The notes beneath the pieces were generated by a model. It was given only the letters and a program-made list of their open reading frames with translations, did not search any database and had not been told where the DNA came from. Made by a program: the position numbers and the translations under genes. Shown in pieces: positions 53,301 to 64,000 of a DNA stretch of 64,000 nt. The DNA lies in assembly GCA_964247055.1 (NCBI GenBank), contig OZ176055.1, positions 2,294,001 through 2,358,000 of the forward strand, read 5' to 3'. The DNA comes from Paragordius varius (taxonomy: Eukaryota > Animalia > Nematomorpha). Within the stretch, counting starts at the first letter, position 1; each line of letters opens with the position of its first letter.

Positions 53301-53889
53301 AAACTTAAAATATATGCAATAAACTAAAATAATTACTGTGGAAAAAGTTTACGTATGAATTTGTTGGATCGAATTGATTTAAAGTATTTTGGATTGGAGA
53401 ACCATTGATATTATTGATATCATTTATACGCGGTGATGGTACTTTGCAATAATTGTTGAAGCTATCCTTTGTGTTATTATTAATAAATCCATGGGCATAA
53501 TACATCATCATGTGGTATGGAAAAGTTGGAAATGTATTCCTACCATTATAATAAAAATCGGAAAATGTACTAGGGTTGCTCATAACATTGGTGAAAGAAT
53601 TAGTTTTTAGGGGTTCTTCAACAGTATTATTTATAATTGTTTTTTCTTTATAACGCTCCGTTTGTTGATGTGTTTTATTTTCAGTGTCGAGTTTAACTGT
53701 ATTTGTGAGGATTTTCGAAGCCTTGTTTTCCGTATTTGATTTTTCCGAAAGCGCAATTTGAGCTGCCGATTCTAATATATCACTTACAGAAAAGGGTGTA
53801 ATTTTATTGTTATTATTGCTAACAATATTTGATTCGTTTGAAGAGTTCGTTGACAATCCTGATTTTATAGCTGAAGGTTCAGAAGCCAT
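46380..53889 (-). CDS. BARHL: BarH-like homeobox protein (BARHL/BarH family), 3 exons, about 404 aa
   Basis: Exons 53889-53337 (donor position uncertain), 48853-48424 and 46611-46380. Homeodomain [53 protein letters not shown]|TKWKRQ with the Bar-type Tyr49, followed by the BarH motif TAVGLELL. N-terminal eh1-type motif TPFSVSDIL. Confidence 0.88.
47269..47333. repeat. (TA)n microsatellite in BarH intron 2
   Basis: About 30 TA units. Shorter TA runs occur at about 18580-18600 and 35991-36021. Confidence 0.95.
50640..51532 (+). pseudogene. mariner transposase relic in BarH intron 1 (antisense to the host gene)
   Basis: Frame-broken motifs resembling [18 protein letters not shown], ...PDL(A/T)P.. 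and [12 protein letters not shown]. Confidence 0.75.
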
Positions 53890-56837
53890 TTAATTTTATA
53901 TAATTATAATGTTGAAATTATGAAGTTTGAGTATTTAAAACTTCAAATAATTAAAAAGAAATAAAGTAGATAATTGAAAAAGGACCCATATTTGTCTTTT
54001 TGTTTTATGCAGAATTAAATATTTATAAAGTTGGTACATTTAAATTTCTTTTTCTGTGCAAATACAAACTTTGTTGAGTATTTAACAAATTAATAAGTTG
54101 AGAAATAATGATAATTTGTGAAATTAACGACACATAAAAATTTTAATATACTTATAAATGACAGGTAAGTAAAAAGCATTATATAATTTTATAACAAAAT
54201 TATCTATTGTAAAATAAATTCGGCATATTGCCTATACTTTCGTTCCATTCGAACTAATCTATTGTGTTGAATATAAAAAATTTCTTAAATCTTAAAGAAG
54301 AGAAATAATTTGAAAGCTAATTTAACAGCAATATATATAATTTTAAATAATCTTTTAGAAAATACCTTATCCATCACCACCTATTTATCATATTTTCAAA
54401 AGAATTAAAATGTAATTTTTTTCTATTTGATTCATTTTTAATCGACCAACAAAATTTGCTTTCTTATATTATAACAATAATTATTGTAAATTATGTTGTT
54501 TAAGAAATGTAGAATAATGGAACCAACCGACATTGTGGCAAGGTGCTATGCTAGTTTTCGCTTTTTCAAAATTAATTTAATAGTTTTAATATAATTTAAT
54601 ATAATTAATTATATACGGATAACAAAGACTTTTAAATATATAGTGCCACCACATAATTCGTGATAGATGCTCTTTTTTGATTGATTTAACTAATAAGAAT
54701 AAAAAAATAATTTAAATAAAAATTTTAATAGCTTTTCTTAAAAAAGGAGATTGATAATATATGTTTAATATGGAATTTAGTATATTTATCTATATAAATA
54801 TAATTTTTTAAATAATACAACAATAGGAAATTATGAAGATGACACGCGCCAATTAACACATCATTTATTTGTATTACATAATAAAAAAGTTATTTATTAT
54901 TATATTATGTTCTATAAAAATTATTTTAAGCTATTTTTTTAGTTTACACTTAATAGAAATATTGTTGTGAAATTTTTTATGTTAGCAAATAAATGGGTTA
55001 GCCCAAAGTGAGAGTTGTGGGATTGTATAAGAAATATCCTGAAAATATATATATTCTGATCGAAAGGTAGTAAAACTACCTCACATTATATCGAATAAAA
55101 CTTTTATGGTAAAATCTAAGGGTTTCAAACCAAAATGTTATATTTAAAAAGCAAAAATGCTGATATTACGCAATATTAACTTACTAGATTATGAGATTAA
55201 AAAATATTTTTTAAAAAATAGTATGTATACCAGGGTTTTTGGGAGTCTCTATTTTTTGGATAGAGTATAGGCTAAAATCCGAAAAATGGGAGCGCCAAAC
55301 GCCGAAAATAAACGAAAAACAGCAGCTGTTTTTAGTATATTGACTATAACTCTTTACATTACTAACTTGGAAAACTTTTAAACATTTTAGTATAGAGTTG
55401 TATTAATATTAGAAACATAAAATTTTAAAATGGATAAAGTATCTTCAAAATAAAATTTTTGAATAAAACCGTTTGTGGTTTTTTTATATTTATATATTGA
55501 ATTAACTAAAAAGTTAAGAATAATATTTTAATAATTTAACGATAAAAGCTTTAATTTAAATTATGTTAACGTGTACATCCACAAATAATTCTAATGTTTT
55601 AAATTTTTTTATGTAAAACTATGGTTATTATTGGGTAAATATATATATACAATTAACCATATGAAAAATCAATTGATAATCAGTTTTATTTCAATTATTT
55701 ACGCTGTAGTTCATAACGTACGTTTTCACACACAAAAAAATGTTTGGCTTAATTTTCAACTGGTGAATTTCATTTAATATTTCATAATATGAATAAAATA
55801 ATATGATAGAAAGCGTTAAAAATACAGAAAACATCAGTTTATATTTAGCATTTGGCTCTCTCATATGGCGCTTTGCCGTCAAATTATCTTTCGGATTCTG
55901 AAAGCCTTTTATTTAATCCAAAAAATTAAATAAAAATGTTCAAAAGATGCCCGCCAAATTTGACACACTTAAATACATACTTTGCTTGAAAATCAAATTT
56001 GAGCGAATTTCATGTTATTTTAAAGCACGCTGGAAATATTATGTTCGAATTATAAACCCCTTTTTCAATTAAATTTGATGTTGCTAAACACTACATTATT
56101 AAACGATTCGTTTATCTTTAAATCAAGTCAAAATCACCCCAAATTTAAGGGTAAACAAATCTTTATAATTCTAAGGTCATAATTTAGATGCTTCGAAAAA
56201 AAAGTATTTTTTATAATATCTTAAAGTGTTTTCCTGTCGTTTCTATCTTGTTTCAAAATACGATAAAATGTTCTTAACATAATTTTGACAAAAATTAAAT
56301 TTAGTGGAAAAAGCTTTTTTTAATAAAAGTATTATTATACAAAAATCTAGCATAAATTAATAATTGTTATCGGGTAATATTGATATTTTGCGTTTATTTT
56401 ATGATAGCCTATAACACCTGTATCTAATTAAAATTCAATATAATTGTTTTGCCTTTCAATATTTTAAATTATATATTTAAATAATATAGAAAAAAACCTT
56501 TATTGGATTTTTATTGAAATTTCGATATATTGTGCGCTAATTTTACGACTAATATATTTACTATTTTCTGAATAAAATAAATAGAGAATTCATTTAAAAT
56601 ATAATTTACCATATATATGGGTATGGTAAATTTTGAAGCTTGTGACAGTTATTCATGTCGTGACCAATAAATTCAAATAAAAATTACACTATACAATCAA
56701 TTTGCTTGCAATAATATTATTTCCATTATTTAAATTTTTAATTAAATTTGAGTTTAATACCATTTTTTACATTTATTTATCGCATGATACACATTTCTTC
56801 AAAAAATTTGGCTGATTTTTATAATCGGTCAGAGTCA

Positions 56838-57125
56838 CGGTTTGGTTGGTTGGTTATTCCTAAGTCGTGTTAACAACTTTTGTATACAGTTAGTACTGTT
56901 GTTTTCCAGGCTCTTCTTTTATCACGTCTAATCACCTCATCAGTGATCATTCTCGTTTTCTTTGCCCTTTTCAAACATTAGGCTTTCTTTAAGGAATTAT
57001 ATCGCATGACATGACCAAAATATGTTAACATTCTTTTGTAAATTAGCTCCAAGATATTTTTTAGGGCTCATCTGTAGTAATACTCCATTAATAACTTATC
57101 TTTCCATGAGTTCCTAGCAAACACT
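56838..57125 (-). mobile_element. 3' fragment of the (AACC)n-tailed RTE family
   Basis: Reverse complement of about 21590-21925. The plus strand reads ggttggttggttattcctaagtcg. Confidence 0.8.
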
Positions 57126-57965
57126 ATCTCTGTATCTAGGTGTATCAAGACAAGGGTGTAGCAGACCCACGTCGCCACTGTCCACAAAAGACGTCTCTTG
57201 CTGCCCTTCCATACACCAGTCAATGGTGGTTCAGTGATAGCCGTGTAGCGACGGGGTCGGGCTGACTTCTAGGGATAAAATTTTATATATGGGACATGTA
57301 TAAAATAAAATGATGAAATATTTGGTATGGACTAGTATTTTACATGTGACATCGTTTAAAATATTTTAAAGTGTTAAATGCTCTGATAAAGTATTTTTTA
57401 AGTAAAAGTAGATATATATGATAAAAGATAATAATTATTTAGAATTTAAAATACATTATAAATTGGTTGAAGCTTTTTTATATGTTTTCAACGTAATTAC
57501 CGTAAATTATTTAATTTTATGTTTTAAATTACAATATATCATTATTAATTTTTTTAAATATTTAAATAGTTTAAAAAGTTAGTTTTAAATAAAAAAGAAT
57601 TAATGATTTGGAATAATTGATATATAATTACCTTTAAATGATGCTATTAAATCAATTTTTTTATACGACACACATATAATATTTACATATATAATATATC
57701 ATATGTATGTTCATCCCTGAAAATAGGTATATATATATATAATATATCTATATATATATATTTGCTAAAAGTATAAATACTGTTCATACATTAAAAACAG
57801 TATAGATCATAAATTCTGGATGTGAGTTAAAAGTATTATACTAAAAAAGTATCAACTGGATTTTATGGTTTTTTAACGGTTTTGTATACTACAGTTACCA
57901 GTGTTCAACGTTGATGTTTTAAGATGGAATTATTACCTTTTGGGGTAGTACACGATTTTAAATTA

Positions 57966-59101
57966 CACTGCTCAACAAGGTTTTGCACCACCCCATTATT
58001 TTTGCATTTTCTGATACCTAATGGCATGGAAAGGCCAAAACAAAAAAGATAATTGAGGCCATCAATAGGATTTTTCCGAAATTTAATTTTTAAATTTGTA
58101 TTTAATTTAAAAATAACAATCATTCCTCGTGTACATATGTTTAAATATTCAAACGAGCAAGTCGATACAAGTATTATTTCATGCATGAATAACAAAATTC
58201 TAGGCATTAAATACGATACTTAACAAGATAAGAGCCAACGTATTAAAAATCTAAAAGGGGCTTATGTAGAGTGTGATAGATCCAGGCGGTTGCACAAGCT
58301 CTGCATATCCCCCAAGCGATCCAATTATGCCAGATATGGCAAAGATAACAATAAATAATCATAAAGCCCGATAAGAGAAACTTGCAAGCAAAATCCAGGC
58401 AAATTGACATGTCAAATTAACCAATTCAAGAATAAAGTTAGATAAATTCTACAATTAAATTGAATAAAAAGATTAGGTAAATAAAAATGGTCCAATCATA
58501 TAATAGTAAATTCTACTAAAAGTGGCTACACACAACATCCATCTGAAATTAAAAATACAAAACAACCAATAATTTTAAAAAAAAAGTGTATCCACTAGGT
58601 ATAAATAAAGGATTTTTTGTAAGAACTAACTCAAGAAAAAAAGCCTAATAAGTACTCGAAAGGACGAAAACTAACAAAAAATATAGCCTATCTAAAAGCC
58701 GAAGGTTAAAACCATAAAATGCCTTTTTTAGTATTTTTTTAAAATTTTTTTATACGTATTAAAAATTCACTTGAAAGAAAAAGACTAAATTTTGACGTTT
58801 AAGTCCGTACTATTTTTTTCTCTCTGATATTTAAATGACATATTTATATTCAAAAGATAGAGTTTAAAACGCTTTATTAAATGATATTAAGTTTATAATA
58901 TAATACATTTTATTATAAAGTTATATTTAATTTTCTCTCGATTTTCTCTTGTTTTTGAAAAATTAAAAACCTATAATATTTCAAAATTCTGATTGGCGGG
59001 ATCAAAAATTTTTTCACATTCGGTTTTAAAACACTAAAATTAGTCATAATTTAAAAGTTTGAGTGGTGGTGCTCAAAAATGTCTAAATTTGTCGACTAGT
59101 G
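57966..59101. mobile_element. 1.1-kb non-autonomous DNA element, copy 2
   Basis: TTA|CACTGCTCAACAAGG ... GTCGACTAGTG|TTA, colinear with 22829-23938. Confidence 0.8.
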
Positions 59102-59908
59102 TTATTTAACAAATCTAAAAATATTTATTGTTTGGACCAAATTGAATTAAACTTTTAACCGCCAAATACATATTCTAGATTTGTTAGGGGATCAAAAACA
59201 TCTTACAATTAAAAAATTAATTATTATTAGGTTGTATTAATTGGATCAAGAAAAATCAAATTTTAGACTGTGAGAGTTACAAAGTTCTGTAAACCTAAAA
59301 TTTATTAATTTAAACTCTAATTTTGATAATATAGATTAGCCAAAATTCTTTTTAAACCTTAATTAAAAATATAAGTCTCTTTTCTTTAGAGAGAAATTTT
59401 ATTTTTTCAATGACAATTAGTTTTATGTAGAATTTTCAAGTTCTAAACATTTGCAATTAATTTTATTTAATTAATAAAAAAATTGTAAATATTTTAATAA
59501 GCTTAAGGGTTGTTACTAACAACGCAGTTCGAAAAGTGTGGCCTAAACACTGATCAAACGCCTTAATCGCATATACTGTTGATTGCAAAAATCCATTAAT
59601 ATAAAAATGCTACCATTTTCGGAAAATTAACCTAACAGTTTATAAACACTAATATGGAAAAATGATATTAAATAATTTGTACTAATTTAATGTTTTAAAA
59701 CTAGATCATGGTTTAATCATTTGTTTCGGCGATAGCTATGTATACCATTTGCACTTCAAGAGTTTCCTTGAAAACTTCAAGTTGCACCTTGAATACTTCA
59801 AGTTGGTTCTTCGACTTTTTTAATTTGGTAACTTTTATCAATCACACCGTGTGCCATTCATATATCATTTTAAACTATTCTGTTGATTTGTGTGTGTCTG
59901 TTGATTTA

Positions 59909-60089
59909 TAGTATGCATTTTAATGGTTGCTTAGTTCACACTACACACTATAGTAGGGCAATTCGCAACATGGAATATATGCAAAAAACAACAAAATGTA
60001 AACAATTTTTCCTTCTTTTTTCCATACACTCTTGTATTGCGAATTGCCCTATCATAGTGTGAAATAAACAACTATTAAAATGCATACTG
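59909..60089. mobile_element. Tc1/mariner-type MITE (30078 family)
   Basis: TA|TAGTATGCATTTTAAT ... ATTAAAATGCATACTG|TA. Confidence 0.75.
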
Positions 60090-60288
60090 TAACCAAACTT
60101 TTAAATCATCAACTTTTAATCATTCAGAAACCGTATATATTTATATTAAAAAAATATTTTAATACATGTAATAAAATAAATATAAGTTTTCTGGGTTATT
60201 AATATTTTTTCGTTGAATACTTGTTATTGAATAGTAATTGGGAAAAAATGAGTTCAGAACGAAAAAGTGGTTTTTAAAAAATCATTAA

Positions 60289-62723
60289 TCTATAAATTTT
60301 TAAAAATAAATGCTGGTGTGATCTGTTCCCGGAAAACTGGTAGACTATTCAAATCCAAATGTCAAAAAAATAAAATCATTTATGATTTTCCCGACAATCG
60401 CTTCGCCTTTTTTTGAATTATGCCCCCGGTTCGGTCCCACCCCGTGAAAACGGGTTTTTCTGAAAATACAAGTCCACAAAAATAGTGTCTTTGAGACAAT
60501 TTTCAGGAAAACGTGTTAAACCATTCGATTTCAAATATGATTTTTTTACTAATTTTCGATTGCGCCGAACATAGTTGGCTCACTTTTTTAATTTATGCCC
60601 TTCTCTTAGGCACTCCCCCTGTAAAATGGCATTTTTTTTAAAAAAAACTAAGCCCAAAGAAATAATTTTTGGAATCTTTTTTGGGCCAAGGTATGAGGCC
60701 ATAAATAATTCAATGAGGAATGCAGGTCCCTGTTAAAAGGCAAAAAATTTAGTCGTGCGTTTCTTTTATATTGGCTGCTGGGTAAGGAGATATCCGCTAA
60801 AAACTGCTGCGTCATATTGAAATAGCGTGCCTTTGAGGCCAAATTTCAGAAAATTTATCAGGCCATATAAGTTCAATAGCTGCGTAAAATATTACCCGTA
60901 ACAAGGCAAAAATTTAGTTCGTGGGGTTTTTTAAAATTAGCCGTTAATTAGGCCCTACACGCCAAGAAACCACCACAGGAAGATTTTTTAGTTTTGAGGC
61001 GTTTTTTCAAAAACTAATGAGAGCATATGGAATCAATGATGATTCCAGGTATTCTCCGTAAAAAGACAAAATCAAGCGCTTTTTCGTATTAATTTCTGGG
61101 TAGGGAGCTCCCCTCCTAAAACTTCACCACCATATCGAAATTGAGTTGTTTAGGAGTTAATTTTAGAAAATTTATCAGGCCATATAAGTTTAATAAGGGC
61201 CTGAAATATTACCCGTAAAAAGGCAAATCTGAATTGAGAATTTTTTAAATTAGCCGTTAATTAGGCCCTTGCCCTGAAAAATGCGCCACAAGGAAATTTT
61301 TCCAAAATATTTTAAGAACATATGGAATGAATAATGATTCCAGCTATTTCTCTATAAAGGCAAATATATCGAACTCTTTTCTATATTGCCATCTGGGTAG
61401 GAGGCTGAACACCTACAACTGCGCCTCCATAGCGATACAGCATGACTTTAGAGGAAAATCATCAAGTCTTATGAGTTTTATAAGGGCTTGAAATATTACC
61501 GGTAAAAAGGCAAAATTTAAGCAGGGTTTTATTAAATTACTCCTTAATTAGGCCCTGCCTGAAAAATACGCCACCATAGAATGAATTTTTGGTTTTAAGG
61601 CTATTTTTTGAAAATACCACGGGAGCAAATGGAGTCAATCATGATTACAGGTGCCCGAATTAAAGCAAAAACTTTAAGAGAGTATTTTGTTTCGACCCTG
61701 GTTAGGGGGCTACCCACGTAAAACTGCGTCACCATATCGTTACAGCATGACTTTGGAGCCAAATTTCAGAAAACCTATGAGACTATGTGAGCTCAAGGGC
61801 CTAAAATATTACTTAAAAAAATTTTTTTAGCTTAGGGGGTTATTTCGACTGGCAAAGTAAAGTTTTACACCCAATGCGCCGCCAATGAACAATTTTTTTA
61901 GTTTTGGACAATATTTCCAAGAACCTATAGGAACATATGGAATCCATGATAACTCTAGATTTTTCCCATAAAAAGGCAGCCCAACGCTTTTTTACCTGCC
62001 CCTGGGTAAGGAGCTACCCGCCAAAAAATGCTCCACTTAATATAAATTGCGTTGTTTTGGAGCTAATTTACAGAAAATTTATGAAGCTATATGATATATT
62101 AAAACTTAAAATATTACCCGTAACTAGGTAAAAATTAAGGTCAGGCGTTTGATAGCTGTTAATTTATGGCCTTTGTGCCCTAAAAATATGCCATCATATA
62201 ACGATTATTTAGTGTTGATGTACTTTTTCGCATAATTCATGAGACGATGGTATCAAAGATGATTCGAAATATATCTATAAAGGAAAAGAATTCAATTCAG
62301 CGCTTTTTCCATATAGGTCTATGGGTAGGGGTCTACCGGTTTAAAACTGAGACGCCATGCATGGTATGGTCTTGGAGCTAATTTTTAAAAACTTAAGAAG
62401 CCATACGAGTTCAATAAAGGCTCTAAATAATACTCATAAAAAGGTAAAAATTATAGTATATCGGTTTTTTCCGTTAGCCGTCAATTTGGGGCCCTTACAT
62501 CAGTAAACTATATATTAGTATGAATGCACTGTTTGAAAATTCTATGAAGCACCGTATTGAAAATCATATGAGATTATAACTATTAAATATGCTTCGAAAT
62601 AATCCACATATGTGGATCACAATTTCGTAGAGCCCTTTTTTCAAATAGCGCCCCCCCCCCCCTCCCAACCAAGAAGCCCGAATAACTTCCTCGGGCTGTG
62701 TAGCAGTTCGAGATTTACGCTAG
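60289..62723 (+). mobile_element. Non-autonomous Helitron, long diverged variant with six internal repeats of about 305 bp
   Basis: A|TCTATAAATTTT 5' end at 60289. 3' end CTCGGGCTGTGTAGCAGTTCGAG-ATTTACG-CTAG|T at 62723. Both ends are homologous to 2133-3934. Confidence 0.85.
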
Positions 62724-64000
62724 TAAATGAATATATAATAAATCAAGATAATTAAGTTTAAAAATAACAAAATTTATGGTTAAATTCAAAAAAGTTTATG
62801 GACCAACTTGAAGTGTTCAAGGACACTCTTGAAGTGAAAATGGTATACTAACGGTTTCACCGGCTTCCAAAGGTTCATTATACCCAATACCCCTCTGGTC
62901 TCAACAGACACATAGCAGGTCTTATTACCAAGTGATTTAGCCTTGGTATACGATCGGCCTGAAAGGTGTGAAAGCCACGATTTGTTCCGCTTTGGATTTG
63001 CAAATAATCTCTTTTCTTATCCGTCCTAATTCAATGCAAATACGCTTTGGTGACGTTGAAACATGGTTTCAACGATTTTTGATTTGACGTTCAAATTGTT
63101 TAAGAATTAACCGAGTTTATTGGCCTTTCCTGCTTGTAGACGTCTATTCATTGATTTTGCTATATATGTGCTTCTGTCAATCAACGTTGAGTTTGAGTTG
63201 GGTCCTCGTTCAATAAGTCTTGGACTTCATAGTCTTCACATTTTTAGAGTCAACCAAATCGACCACTTTTTACATTAAAATAATAATTTTTAAATTTTTG
63301 AATCCATTTTCACCTAGATAAATCGATAGAACATGACCCTATGTTTCTTCCAGCAAACAATGACTTAACAGTTTTTTGGTGAAATAGGAAAAACAATATG
63401 TCCCGTACATATTATTTTGGAAATATCGATATGATTAATAAATATTGGACGTTATTTTTTTGGCGGACTCAACTTGTGTGCTTGTCATTTAATTGATAAA
63501 CAAAATGGCGTTTGTGTCAAATTAATCGGCTGCGTATTTTTCACTGAAGTTTTCTCTTAGTCAATCCTTTATAACTAATAACCACGCATGGTATTTTTGG
63601 AGTGGCTATTAATTAAGGTTTTTCATAACTTGGTCTCAATAAAAAAATTAACACAACATTTAAAAATTATATTTAAGTATTAAAAAGGCAAAAAAAATCA
63701 ATCTTACATCCTGTATCCAATAAAATTTATACAAAACCATTTTAAAAAATGATATACCACTTAAAGTCGAAAACCAACATTTTTAACCTCATATAATTTT
63801 TAACACGGCTTAATCCAATATTTTGTAATTTCTATCGTTATGATGTAAATAGAACCATATATACATAGTGAATTCTAAATTATTGTAATTACATATAATC
63901 TTTGGTTAATTTTGATATAATATACTAACGTCAACAATCGGTTTAACATCATGACTCGTAATAAAATAAAAATCATTATTACATAATTAATGATTTATTT

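Larger units (their letters stand above)
59743..62845. mobile_element. MITE of the 38823 family, expanded by two nested insertions
   Basis: TA|TACCATTTGCACTTCAAG ... CTTGAAGTGAAAATGGTA|TA. The internal sequence matches 38823-39467 once the nested elements are removed. Confidence 0.85.
59700..63640 (-). pseudogene. mariner transposase relic, interrupted by the MITE at 59743-62845
   Basis: Minus-strand 63330->62848 reads like RWFKNLK...EDYEVQDLLNEDPTQTQR...NPKRNKSW...EPLEAGETV. The sequence below 59741 resumes ...QMIK/LNHDL. Outer boundaries are approximate. Confidence 0.7.

Overview
This is an AT-rich animal (metazoan) genomic window read with the standard genetic code. It holds three spliced host genes, all on the minus strand. 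These are coatomer subunit delta (ARCN1/delta-COP, 13 exons, 35829->30526), ribosomal protein uL23/RPL23A (5 exons, 45854->45224) and a BarH-like homeobox gene (3 exons, 53889->46380). Most of the rest is nested transposable elements: a near-intact Charlie/SPIN-type hAT with perfect TIRs and TSD, two decayed hAT transposases, RTE-clade LINEs, mariner relics, several MITE families and non-autonomous Helitrons carrying satellite-like internal repeats. The most striking observation is seven ultra-short GT-AG introns of only 25-27 nt. Three consecutive ones are in delta-COP, and all four RPL23A introns are this size. They are inferred from exact colinearity with conserved proteins and sit alongside introns of 69 bp to 4.5 kb in the same window. 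All gene models and TE calls were made by eye, without RNA data or database searches. The species cannot be determined from the sequence.
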